From contig VAXH01000071.1 of assembly GCA_005883955.1 (NCBI GenBank), positions 11,401 to 75,400 of the forward strand: a stretch of 64,000 bases of DNA, in the 5' to 3' direction. Shown in pieces: positions 34,768 to 43,880 of the stretch. The position numbers and the translations under genes are program-made. The notes beneath the pieces are model-generated. The model made no database searches. It saw nothing but the letters and a program-made list of their open reading frames with translations, and had not been told where the DNA came from. The stretch comes from Actinomycetota bacterium (GTDB lineage Bacteria > Actinomycetota > Thermoleophilia > Gaiellales > Gaiellaceae). How positions within the stretch are numbered: position 1 is the first letter of the stretch; the number at the start of each line of letters is the position of its first letter.

Positions 34768-35423
34768 CAGCGTTGTGACTTTCTGGCCTTGAGCACGAGC
34801 TTGACGTCGCTCCAGGCGGTGCCGTCGGCGGTCATCCGGTCGGAGAGCAGCTCCTTGACCCGCTCCGCCTCCTCGCCGGCGCAACCGGTTCGGGCGAGCC
34901 AGTCTTCGAGCGGATGCACCTTCTCGAAAAACTGGCGCTGCTCGACCTCGAGCCCGGCCCCGATCAGGAATTCGACCCACTCGTCCTCGGTGTAGTTGCG
35001 GACGTGGGTCGGATCTCGCAGGTTCTCCGCCTGCTCGTGGCGCTCGCTCGAGAAGAGCGTGTCCTCGATCACGACGACGTCGTTGGAGACCCGGGCCATC
35101 TCCTCGACCGCCCTGCCGATATCTCCGAAATGGTGGGGCGCGATCCGTGAGACCGCACAGTCGAAAGAGCCGTCGGCGAACGGCAAGTCCTCGACTCGCG
35201 AGACGACGTCGGGCTTCATCCCGGGCGAGGAGTCCGTGGTCACGACCTCACAGCCCTGTTCTCGGAGGCGCCGCGCCACGTGCCCGCCCCCGGTGGCGAC
35301 GTCGATGACCTTGCGCCCAGGCCCGGGTGCGCACCACTCGACGACGAGGTCGAGATCGTCGCCCTCTGCGTGGGTCTTCGAATCACGGTAGGCCTGCGCC
35401 CGCTCGTCCCACAATTCGGTCAT
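34767..35423 (-). CDS. Class I SAM-dependent methyltransferase (Methyltransf_11/UbiE-like)
   Basis: VIDVATGGGHVA (motif I) and FDCAVSRIAPHHF (motif II/III region). It shares ATGA overlaps with both sucC (35420-35423) and sucD (34767-34770). Confidence 0.8.
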   Translation of the reverse strand: MTELWDERAQAYRDSKTHAEGDDLDLVVEWCAPGPGRKVIDVATGGGHVARRLREQGCEVVTTDSSPGMKPDVVSRVEDLPFADGSFDCAVSRIAPHHFGDIGRAVEEMARVSNDVVVIEDTLFSSERHEQAENLRDPTHVRNYTEDEWVEFLIGAGLEVEQRQFFEKVHPLEDWLARTGCAGEEAERVKELLSDRMTADGTAWSDVKLVLKARKSQR

Positions 35424-36474
35424 CTGGCCAGCTTCACGGCCCGATTCGCGCCCTCGATCATCGTCGGCTCGACGTAGAGCTTGTCCTGGCCCGATTCCGC
35501 CAGGATTCGACGGCCCTCCTCGGCATTGGTGCCGTCGAGGCGGACAACGATCGGATGCTCGATCCCGCTCCGCTCGAGCGCGGCCAGGATCCCGCGCGCG
35601 ACCTCGTCCGTGCGCGTGATCCCGCCGAAGATGTTGAAGAAGATCGAGCGGACCTGCGGGTCGCCGGAGATCACCTCGAGCGCATCGACGACGCCCTGCG
35701 CGTCGCCGCCGCCGCCCAGGTCGCAGAAGTTCGCGGGGCGGCCGCCGGCCAGGGTGATCACGTCCAGCGTCGACATCACAAGCCCAGCGCCGTTGCCGAG
35801 GATTCCGACTTCGCCGTCGAGCTTCACGTAGGTGACGCCCCTCTCGCGCGCGGCGCGCTCCTCGGGCGGAACCGATTCCGGATCGCGCATCTCGGCGATG
35901 TCGGGGTGTTTGTAGAGCGCGTTGTCGTCGACCGTGAACTTCGAGTCGAGCGCGCGCACCTCGCCCTCCGGCGTCACGATCAGCGGGTTGATCTCGCAGA
36001 GCATCGCGTCGGTTCCGACGAAGCACGCGTAGAGCTTCCCGATGATGTCCAGCAGCTGTTTCTGCTCGTTCGGATCCTCGATCCCCGCTCCGTAGATCAG
36101 CCTCCGCGCCTGATGGGGCTGGTAACCCTCCAGCGGATCGACGTGCAGGCGCGCCAGCTTCTCGGGTGTCTCCTCGGCTACCTGCTCGATCTCGATCCCA
36201 CCCTCTGTGGTGAGCATGAAGAGCGCCTTCTTCTCGCCCCGGTCGAACGTGACGGAGAGGTAGTACTCTCGGCGTCGGCGGGCCCATCGGCGAGCTTGAC
36301 ACCGCCTGCTTTCCCGCGCCCGCCGGTCAGCACCTGGGCCTTGACGACGACCTGGCCGCCGAGCTCCTCCCCGGCCGCATGGGCCTCCGCGGGCGTCGAG
36401 GCGAGCCGCCCCTCAGAGGTTGGCATCCCGAAGCGCCGGAAGAGCTCCTTGCCCTGGTATTCGTAGAGATCCAC
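35420..36474 (-). pseudogene. sucC: Succinate--CoA ligase subunit beta, interrupted by an about 100-nt internal gap with frameshift
   Basis: The N-terminal frame (36474 down to about 36268) reads [12 protein letters not shown]...[19 protein letters not shown]. The rest ([24 protein letters not shown]...NGAGLVMSTLD...GGITR) is in another frame. About 33 residues, by alignment with recalled E. coli SucC, are absent at the junction near 36266-36268. Confidence 0.85.
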
Positions 36475-36586
36475 CGGCGCGGGACTCTAGCCGCCGCCGG
36501 GTGGCCCAAGCGGAGGGCTGCCGCCCGCGCACCGCCGAATTCGCGGCGCGCAGGCGGTTCGACCTCTCTGACTAGACTCGATCGGC

Positions 36587-37573
36587 GTGGACGCGATCGT
36601 CGTCGACGAGCTTCGGAAGCGCTACAGCGACGTGCGGGCGCTCGAAGGCATCACTTTCGGCGTTCGCACCGGCGAGGTCTTCGGCCTGCTCGGCCCGAAC
36701 GGAGCCGGGAAATCGACCACGGTCAAGGTGCTCGCAACGCTGACGAAGCCGGACTCGGGCCGGGCGGAGGTCGCCGGCCGAGACGTCGTCCGGGAACCGA
36801 ACGCCGTGCGCCGGGCGATCGGCTACGTACCGCAGAGCTCCGGTGTGGATCGGGACGCGACCGGTCGCGAGAACCTGATGCTGCAAGGCCGCGTCCAGGG
36901 AATGAGCGGCCGCGCGCTCGAATCGCGGGTCGGCGAAATGCTCGAGCTGCTCGGCTTGGCCGAAGCCGGCGACCGGGTCGTGCGCGGCTACTCCGGCGGG
37001 ATGAAGCGCCGGCTCGACGTGGGCCTCGGGCTCGTCCACAGGCCCCAAGTCCTCTTCCTGGACGAGCCGACGACAGGCCTCGATCCCGAGGCCCGCGCCG
37101 CGATGTGGGACGAGCTGGAACGGCTAGCCGAGGGCGAGTCGCTGACGATCCTGCTCACGACCCACTACATGGAGGAGGCCGACGAGCTCGCCGACCGGCT
37201 CGCGATCGTCAGCCGTGGCCGAGTGGTCGTCGAGGGAACGCCCGAGGAGCTGAAGCAGAGTCTCCGCGGCGAGGCCGTCGAGGTCGAGCTCGGCGACGGG
37301 CGGGCGGCGGAAGCCGAGGCGGTCGTCGCCGCACTAGACGGCGTGCTCGAAGCGACGGTCGACGGCCGGCGCCTCCGCAGCCGGGTCGCGAGCGGTGCCC
37401 GGGCGATCCCTTCGATCCTCTCGGCGCTCGAGGCCAAGGGCATCGGCGTGGAGGCGGTCACGACCCACCGGCCCTCGCTCGATGACGTCTACCTCCACTA
37501 CACCGGCCGAGAGTTCGCGGCCGAGGACGAGCAGGGCCGCGCCGGCGATTCCGGCGGCAACGGACCGCGATGA
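36587..37573 (+). CDS. ABC transporter ATP-binding protein (DrrA/ABC-2 type exporter)
   Basis: GPNGAGKST, YSGGMKRRL, LFLDEPTTGLD. GTG start. Confidence 0.9.
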   Translation: MDAIVVDELRKRYSDVRALEGITFGVRTGEVFGLLGPNGAGKSTTVKVLATLTKPDSGRAEVAGRDVVREPNAVRRAIGYVPQSSGVDRDATGRENLMLQGRVQGMSGRALESRVGEMLELLGLAEAGDRVVRGYSGGMKRRLDVGLGLVHRPQVLFLDEPTTGLDPEARAAMWDELERLAEGESLTILLTTHYMEEADELADRLAIVSRGRVVVEGTPEELKQSLRGEAVEVELGDGRAAEAEAVVAALDGVLEATVDGRRLRSRVASGARAIPSILSALEAKGIGVEAVTTHRPSLDDVYLHYTGREFAAEDEQGRAGDSGGNGPR

Positions 37574-38352
37574 CAATCGCTGTCCGCCACACGTGGTTCA
37601 TGGTCGGACGGCAGCTACGGAACCTGATGCGGGAGCCGATCTGGATCGCGCTCCTGCTCGTGCAGCCGATGGTCTGGCTGCTGCTGTACGGCCAGCTCTT
37701 CAAGCGCGTCACCCACCTGCCCGGTGGCGGCTTCGGAACCACGTCGTACATCACGTTCCTCGCTCCGGCGATCGTGATCATGAACTCCTTCTTCGGGGCG
37801 ACTTGGAGCGGGATGGCGATGATCAGCGGCCTCGACCGCGACGTGCTGCCACGCTTCCTCGCCACGCCGGTCAGCCGGATCTCGCTGGTCGTCTCGCAGA
37901 TCGTCCGTTCAGCGCTGATCGCGGTGATCCAAGGCGCGATCATCCTGCTCGTCTCGCTCGCGCTAGGCGTTCGAGTGCACACCGGAGTTGTCGGCTGGGT
38001 CGTCATGCTGACCGCGGCCGCGCTGATGAACTCGGCGTTCGCCGGGCTCTCGCAGGGGATCGCACTGCTCGTCCGCAAGGAGGCGACAATGATCGCGATC
38101 GCCAACTTCATCGGGCTGCCGCTCTTCTTTCTGTCCTCGACGCTGATCTCGATCCGTCAGATTCCGCACTGGATGCAGATCGCGGCGAAGTTCAACCCTG
38201 TCAACTGGGGCGTGATCGCCGCGCGCGAGGTCGTACTCCCGGGCACGGACTGGAATTCGGTGGGATTTCATCTGGCGCTGCTCTTCGCGCTCTCGGTCGC
38301 GACGGCTGCATTCGCGACCTGGACGTTTCGGGCGTATCAACGGACGATCTGA
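37570..38352 (+). CDS. ABC-2 type transporter permease
   Basis: Overlaps the ATPase gene by 4 nt. The 260-aa product has about 6 TM helices. Confidence 0.85.
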   Translation: MTIAVRHTWFMVGRQLRNLMREPIWIALLLVQPMVWLLLYGQLFKRVTHLPGGGFGTTSYITFLAPAIVIMNSFFGATWSGMAMISGLDRDVLPRFLATPVSRISLVVSQIVRSALIAVIQGAIILLVSLALGVRVHTGVVGWVVMLTAAALMNSAFAGLSQGIALLVRKEATMIAIANFIGLPLFFLSSTLISIRQIPHWMQIAAKFNPVNWGVIAAREVVLPGTDWNSVGFHLALLFALSVATAAFATWTFRAYQRTI

Positions 38353-38412
38353 AGCCGCCCGCGTAGGGTCAGTGGCCGGGCGGGTCAGAACGGGCAAAAG
38401 GAACGTCTGAAG

Positions 38413-40182
38413 CTAGTTCTCGTCCTGGGTGACGACGCAGACGACCTGCCCGCTCGTGACGGCCTGGCCGGGCTCAATCGACAACTCAGTGACGACGCCG
38501 TCGCGATGAGCCGTGATCTCGTTCTCCATCTTCATCGCCTCGACGATGCAGATCACCTGTCCGGCGCGAACCTCGTCACCTTCGGCGACTTCGACCGCGA
38601 GGACAGTGCCCTGCATCGGCGTCACGACTGCGTCCTTGGCGGCGCCGCGATGCGCCCCGCGTCCGGTTCGCTCTCGACGCCGCCGCGCCAGCTCCGCGAA
38701 GGGCGGCTCCGGGATCAAGGCCTTCACTTCGTAGAGACGGCCGTCGACCTCGACGCTCGACACGCGTTCTCGAAGCTTGCCGTCCGCCGAGGGCGCTAAC
38801 GTTGTTGACTGATGAGACAACTGCTCCGCTGCCTCGGCAAGCTCCGTCGACTCCACGACGCCGTGACAGGTCTGTCCTGCCACAAAGCAAGGGTGCTCGA
38901 GCAAGGCCCGGTGGAAACCGAGCAGTGTCGTGATACCGCCGATCTCGTACTCGTCGAGCGCGCGCAGCATCCGTCGCCGTGCGTGCTCGCGGTCGACGCC
39001 GTGGACGACGAGCTTCGCGATCAAGGGGTCATAGAGGCCGACGACCTCGCTGCCGGCGGCAACTCCGGAGTCGACCCTGACCCCGGGACCCGCCGGCTCC
39101 CGGTAGCTCGTGATCCGCCCCGGACTGGGCAGAAAGCCGTTCGACGGGTCCTCGGCGTTGATCCGGCATTCGATCGCGTGGCCGGTCAGCCGGACGTCGT
39201 TCTGGCGCAGCGATAGCGGCTCCCCGGCCGCGATGAGAACCTGCTCGCGCACGAGGTCGAGACCGGTGACGAGCTCGGTGACGGTGTGCTCGACCTGGAT
39301 CCGCGTGTTCATCTCCAGGAAGAAGTAGTTGCCGTCGCCGTCCAGCAGCCCCTCGATGGTGCCCGCGCTCCGGTAACCGACTGCCCGGGCAGCGTCGATG
39401 CCGAGCTTCCCGATCCGGTCACGGAGGTCAGCGTCGACCGCCGGCGAGGGTGTCTCCTCGACGAGCTTCTGGTGACGCCGCTGAATTGTGCAGTCGCGCT
39501 CGCCCAGGTGAATGACGGTGCCGTGCGCGTCCGCGAGGATCTGGACTTCGACGTGCCGCGGATCCTCGAGGTAGCGCTCGACATACACGTCTGGGTCCGA
39601 GAAGTACGCCTCGCCCTCGCGGCGTGCCGACTCGTACGCGCGCTCAGCCTCGTCCGGGCCGGCCACGACCTTGAGTCCTTTGCCGCCACCGCCGGCCGAG
39701 GCCTTGATCGCGATGGGCCAGCCCAGCTCGGCGCCGAGGCGGCAGACTTCTTCGGCTGCCTCGACCGGCGCCGTGGTCCCAGGCACGATCGGCACCCCCG
39801 CGGCGCGCATGGCCTCCCTGGCGGCGGTCTTGGAGCCCATCACGTCGATTGCTTCTGGCGGGGGTCCGATCCAGACGAACCCGGCCGCATCGCACGCACG
39901 CGCGAAGTCCGCGTTTTCGGCGAGGAACCCGTAGCCGGGGTGAACCGCTTCGGCGCCGGCCCGCGTGGCGGTCTCGAGCAGCCGCTCCTGGTCGAGGTAG
40001 CTCTCGGCCGCGGGTCCCGGCCCGATCAGGTACGCCTCGTCTGCGGCAGCGACATGCAGCGAGCCACGGTCGGCCTCCGAATAGACGGCGATGGTTCCGA
40101 TTCCGAGCTCGCGCAGCGTGCGGAAGATGCGAATCGCGATTTCGCCGCGGTTGGCGACGAGAATTTTCGAGAACACGGCCAT
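38413..40182 (-). CDS. Acetyl/propionyl-CoA carboxylase alpha subunit (biotin carboxylase + BCCP)
   Basis: ILVANRGEIAIRI, ATP-grasp region, and a C-terminal biotinyl-lysine motif VEAMKMENEI. Confidence 0.95.
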   Translation of the reverse strand: MAVFSKILVANRGEIAIRIFRTLRELGIGTIAVYSEADRGSLHVAAADEAYLIGPGPAAESYLDQERLLETATRAGAEAVHPGYGFLAENADFARACDAAGFVWIGPPPEAIDVMGSKTAAREAMRAAGVPIVPGTTAPVEAAEEVCRLGAELGWPIAIKASAGGGGKGLKVVAGPDEAERAYESARREGEAYFSDPDVYVERYLEDPRHVEVQILADAHGTVIHLGERDCTIQRRHQKLVEETPSPAVDADLRDRIGKLGIDAARAVGYRSAGTIEGLLDGDGNYFFLEMNTRIQVEHTVTELVTGLDLVREQVLIAAGEPLSLRQNDVRLTGHAIECRINAEDPSNGFLPSPGRITSYREPAGPGVRVDSGVAAGSEVVGLYDPLIAKLVVHGVDREHARRRMLRALDEYEIGGITTLLGFHRALLEHPCFVAGQTCHGVVESTELAEAAEQLSHQSTTLAPSADGKLRERVSSVEVDGRLYEVKALIPEPPFAELARRRRERTGRGAHRGAAKDAVVTPMQGTVLAVEVAEGDEVRAGQVICIVEAMKMENEITAHRDGVVTELSIEPGQAVTSGQVVCVVTQDEN

Positions 40183-40188
40183 GCGCGC

Positions 40189-40386
40189 TTATTTTCGCGG
40201 TCGAACGACGGCTACGTTGTCCGCAGTCCCGCGGTCTTCATCGTCGAGATTCTCGGCAATGCCCTCGGCCCGCCAGCGGCTTCCGTAGGCGGACGGCTGT
40301 TCATGCTTCGCAAGCAGGCGCTCGAGCGCGAGCTCGATAACTTCCCGCGCCTCTGGGTCGTGCTCCGGCCGAGTGACGAAATCCAC
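40189..40386 (-). CDS. Small acidic protein, possibly acyl-CoA carboxylase epsilon-like
   Basis: 65 aa with a GTG start, ending 6 nt upstream of the carboxylase alpha gene. ...VIELALERLLAKHEQPSAYGSRWRAEG loosely resembles epsilon subunits. Weak call. Confidence 0.3.
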   Translation of the reverse strand: MDFVTRPEHDPEAREVIELALERLLAKHEQPSAYGSRWRAEGIAENLDDEDRGTADNVAVVRPRK

Positions 40387-40399
40387 CCGCCGGAGCCTA

Positions 40400-40541
40400 A
40401 AAGGCGCTCGCTTGCGATGCCGATTGGAGGACGTCCCGGCTTCGCGGGGCGTCCGGCTAATTCCGGTTGGTAGAGCGGCACGTTGGGTTCTTCTTGACCG
40501 TCTCTAAAGGCGCCAGCCCGTCCTGACGATACGAACGGCGG
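40400..40541 (+). promoter_or_regulatory. Candidate ydaO-type (c-di-AMP) riboswitch in the 5' leader of the NlpC/P60 gene
   Basis: The leader has partial matches to segments I recall as conserved in ydaO: GGTAGAGCGG (40469-40478), CCAGCCCGTC (40513-40522) and TAATTCC. It also has the hairpin GGACGTCCCG-GCTT-CGCGGGGCGTCC. No covariance-model search was done. Confidence 0.3.
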
Positions 40542-41570
40542 ATGAGCCGCATCCTTGCGACCACCGCAGTCTTCGCCGTGCTTGCGGCGCCCGCAGCCGC
40601 CCAAAACCAGGGCGGCCCGCAGCCTGCTTCCTGGGCGCAACCTCAGATCAAGGTCGTCGTTTCGCGCGGCCTGATGGCGAACAGCGTGCAGGCGTTTCAT
40701 CCGAACGATCCGCTGACACGCGGGGCACTGACGGCGCTCGTCTCCGGTCTCACCTCTGAGCGGCCGACGGCCTCCACTCAATCGGCTGCCGCCGTGACGA
40801 TGGCCCAGCTCGACTCGACCCTTGTCCGGGGCCTCGGTCTGAACGGAGCGGCTGCCGAGTTCGCGGCGGCAGCCCGGAGCGCAGGCCTGATTCCGCCGAG
40901 TCGTTTCGGCACAGAAGTGGTCGCGCGCCTCCTGGGACTGCGCACGAATCATCCTGCGCAACTCGATTCGCTCGAGCTGCTGCCTAGCCAGCCGGCGACA
41001 CGGGCCGAGGCGGCCTACTCCGCGGCGCAGATCCTCAACTTCCGCGGCTGGGAGACGCAGCAGGTGCAGGAGCTTGCCGACACCTTCGCGCTGCCGACCT
41101 TCTCCGCCTGGCAAACGCGGATCCTCCAGACGGCTGTTCGCTTCATCGGCTATCCCTACGTTTGGGGCGGGACGAGCGAGAACGCCGAGGCACCGTTCGG
41201 CGTGCAGGCTCCAGGCGGCTTCGACTGCTCCGGATTCGTCTGGCGCGTCTACAAGCTTCAGGTCTACCCCGGCGTCTCCACGCTTGCCGGCACGCTGAAG
41301 GGCCGAACGACGTTTGCGATGAGCGGCGAGGTGCCGGCGGCTAAGCGCATCCCGTTTGCCCGGCTCAAGCCGGGTGACGTTCTTTTTTGGGGTGCCGCCG
41401 GTCCCCGCTCGAAACCGACCCAGGTCGACCACACAGGGATCTACCTCGGCGACGGCTGGTTCATCCATTCGTCGGGGTACGGTGTCGCGCTCGCCCAGCT
41501 CTCGGGCTGGTACAAGCAGCGCTTTGCCTGGGCCCGCCGGCCGCTCGCCGAAGCCGGCCTCGCGACTTAG
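40542..41570 (+). CDS. Secreted NlpC/P60 (C40) peptidoglycan peptidase
   Basis: Signal peptide MSRILATTAVFAVLAAPAAAQ. C-terminal catalytic region YVWGGTS...GGFDCSGFVWRVY...VDHTGIYLGDGWFIHSS (Cys-His). Confidence 0.88.
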   Translation: MSRILATTAVFAVLAAPAAAQNQGGPQPASWAQPQIKVVVSRGLMANSVQAFHPNDPLTRGALTALVSGLTSERPTASTQSAAAVTMAQLDSTLVRGLGLNGAAAEFAAAARSAGLIPPSRFGTEVVARLLGLRTNHPAQLDSLELLPSQPATRAEAAYSAAQILNFRGWETQQVQELADTFALPTFSAWQTRILQTAVRFIGYPYVWGGTSENAEAPFGVQAPGGFDCSGFVWRVYKLQVYPGVSTLAGTLKGRTTFAMSGEVPAAKRIPFARLKPGDVLFWGAAGPRSKPTQVDHTGIYLGDGWFIHSSGYGVALAQLSGWYKQRFAWARRPLAEAGLAT

Positions 41571-41743
41571 AACTCCTTTGTTGCCAGGGCGGAGCCGGTG
41601 GCGAGAAGCGCGGCCGGCGGCACCGATTCGTTTCGCTAGACCCTCCAAGCTTGCCCCTCAGAGCGATCCCCCGTCCGGGTGATGGCCTGGCGCGCGGTGA
41701 GAGAGACAATCGCCTCGTCGCATAGGAGAGATGGAGGTCTCGC

Positions 41744-41851
41744 ATGCTGAAGTGGAATCCGCGCCTTCGACTTGTGTTCGTCGTCGCTGCATTGCTCGCT
41801 CTCGCGCTCGCGCTCGGCTGGGCTGATGCAGCCAACTTCCTCGAGTGGTAG
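41744..41851 (+). CDS. 35-aa hydrophobic micro-ORF upstream of the GGDEF/HD-GYP gene (speculative)
   Basis: GGAGG lies 7 nt before the ATG. The product is MLKWNPRLRLVFVVAALLALALALGWADAANFLEW. The stop is 10 nt before the next ATG. Confidence 0.25.
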   Translation: MLKWNPRLRLVFVVAALLALALALGWADAANFLEW

Positions 41852-41861
41852 CCGGTCGGCC

Positions 41862-43688
41862 ATGACCGAGTCGGCAGCCGCCCGCCGAAGTCTCTACCCA
41901 GTCGTCGCTCCCGTCTGCGCCGCCGGGCTGGCTGCAGTGGTCGCGGCGACCGTCGCCTTTGCCACGGCCACGCACGGCGCAACGGTCTTGGCCGGCCTCG
42001 CCGCGTTCCTCGGCGCCTCGCTCCTTGCCGATCGCTTCCCGGTTCCGGTCGACGACCTCGACGCGAACGGGGTCTCACTGGCGTTCGTGTTCGGACTGTC
42101 GGCGATCGTGTTGTTCGGCTGGGCAGCCGGCGTCCTCGTCGTCGCCGCGACGCCGGCGGTCATGCAGCTCTTGGACCGCAGGCCTCCGATTCGGATCGCC
42201 TACAACTCTTTCGCATTCGCGCTGACCGCGGCCAGCGCCGGGCTCGTGATCGCGCCGATCGCCGGCGACTCGCCTGCCGTCACTGCAGCCCGCGTCGTCG
42301 CCGCGTCCTACGTCTGCTACCTGGTCAACGTCCTCCTGATCACCGCTGTGGTCGCGCGCGCAACCCGGGCCTCGTGGGGCAGCCTGATCGCCTCGAGCGT
42401 TCGGAAGACGCTCCTGCCGTTCACGCTGATGGGCTCCGCGGTTCTGACGCTCGTCGTCCTCTGGCAGCGAGCTCCGCTGCTGTCCTTGGCGCTCGTCGGC
42501 CCGCTGCTCGCAATCCAGCTCTACCAGCGAGCGCTCCTGCGGGCATTGCGAGCCGTACGTCTTGCACTCACCGATCCGCTTACGGGTCTCGGGAACCATC
42601 GCCACTTTCACGAGCGGCTCGCTCGTGAGCTGGAACACGCCCTCCGCTGCGGCCGGCCGTTGGCCCTCTGCCTCGTCGACGTTGACGACTTCAAGCAAGT
42701 GAACGACCGCTTCGGCCATCCCGAAGGCGATCGGGTGCTCTCTCAGGTCGCGACCCGGCTGCGCCAAAGTGGCGAGGCATTTCGGCTCGGCGGCGACGAG
42801 TTTGCCGTGCTCTTGCCGGGCTCCGACTCAGAAGAAGCTTTGACGGCGGCGAAGTCGATCGTCGGACGTATCTCGAGGCTCGATTTCGGCCAGATGGGTC
42901 CGGTCACGGTCAGCGCAGGGATAGCTTTGGCACCACACCACGCGCGGGAGCGAGATGAGCTGTTGCGACTCGTCGACAGCGCGCTCTATCGGGCGAAGGA
43001 GGAGGGCAAGAACCGCGCCGAGGTCTACCGTCCGGACGTGATCGAGCTCGCTGAACTAAAGCGGCTCGCGGCCGCCAAGGATCGGGCCGCACGGCTACGA
43101 GCCGCGAAGAATCTTGCGAGCGCCGTCGACTCGCGAGACGCCTACGCGGGGAACCACTCGCAACGAGTCGCCGAGCTTGCGGTTCGACTGGCCGCCCGTA
43201 TCGGCCTCTCTCGTGAAGAGCTCGAGCTCACTCAGCTCGCCGGGAGCCTTCACGACCTCGGCAAGCTCGCTCTTCCCGAGAACCTCCTGCGCAAGCCAGA
43301 GCCGTTGACCGAGCCTGAGTGGACCGTCCTCAAGGAACATGTGTCGCTCGGCTCTCGAATGCTCGAGAGCCTCGGGATCGGCTCCGTGGCGGAGTGGGTG
43401 CTCCACCACCATGAACGATGGGACGGCACCGGATATCCGGACGGTCTCGCCGGAACCGAGATCCCGCTCGGTGCCCGGATTCTCTTCGTAGCCGACGCAT
43501 TCGACGCGATGACGTCCGACGGCCTTTACGGCAAGCCGTGCTCGGTGGACGATGCTCTGAGCGAACTCGTCCTCTGCTCCGGGACCCAATTCGACCCCTC
43601 GGTTGTCGAGGCGCTGACGGAAGAGCTCGGCCGAGCGGCCGCCGCCGACGCGGTGCCCGAGCAGATCGACCAAGCCGTCGCGGTTTAA
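41862..43688 (+). CDS. Membrane-bound bifunctional GGDEF diguanylate cyclase / HD-GYP phosphodiesterase
   Basis: About 7 N-terminal TM helices. GGDEF domain: DPLTGLGNHRHF...RLGGDEFAVLL. HD-GYP domain: HSQRV...LHDLGK...HHERWDGTGYP. Confidence 0.9.
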   Translation: MTESAAARRSLYPVVAPVCAAGLAAVVAATVAFATATHGATVLAGLAAFLGASLLADRFPVPVDDLDANGVSLAFVFGLSAIVLFGWAAGVLVVAATPAVMQLLDRRPPIRIAYNSFAFALTAASAGLVIAPIAGDSPAVTAARVVAASYVCYLVNVLLITAVVARATRASWGSLIASSVRKTLLPFTLMGSAVLTLVVLWQRAPLLSLALVGPLLAIQLYQRALLRALRAVRLALTDPLTGLGNHRHFHERLARELEHALRCGRPLALCLVDVDDFKQVNDRFGHPEGDRVLSQVATRLRQSGEAFRLGGDEFAVLLPGSDSEEALTAAKSIVGRISRLDFGQMGPVTVSAGIALAPHHARERDELLRLVDSALYRAKEEGKNRAEVYRPDVIELAELKRLAAAKDRAARLRAAKNLASAVDSRDAYAGNHSQRVAELAVRLAARIGLSREELELTQLAGSLHDLGKLALPENLLRKPEPLTEPEWTVLKEHVSLGSRMLESLGIGSVAEWVLHHHERWDGTGYPDGLAGTEIPLGARILFVADAFDAMTSDGLYGKPCSVDDALSELVLCSGTQFDPSVVEALTEELGRAAAADAVPEQIDQAVAV

Positions 43689-43880
43689 CAGCCGACCGCA
43701 GTCTTCGACGAACAAGAACTGCCCGACCGGCCCGGACGACTTCCGCCCGGATTTTCACTTTCGTTCCAAAGCCGTCGCAGACACGTGCGCCTCTTTGCAA
43801 TAGGGTGAAATTGGGTGCGGAGCGGTGGGCCCCAGTTTCTCGCGCATGCGCGCGTGAACCTGTAGAGAGCAGGGACGAGG

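Noticed and set aside
43689-43880. The 12-bp palindrome CGCGCATGCGCG and surrounding 190-nt convergent spacer considered as a regulatory or ncRNA element.
   Set aside because: It is a single short palindrome in a GC-rich spacer. I could detect no flanking structure, no repeat and no conservation evidence.
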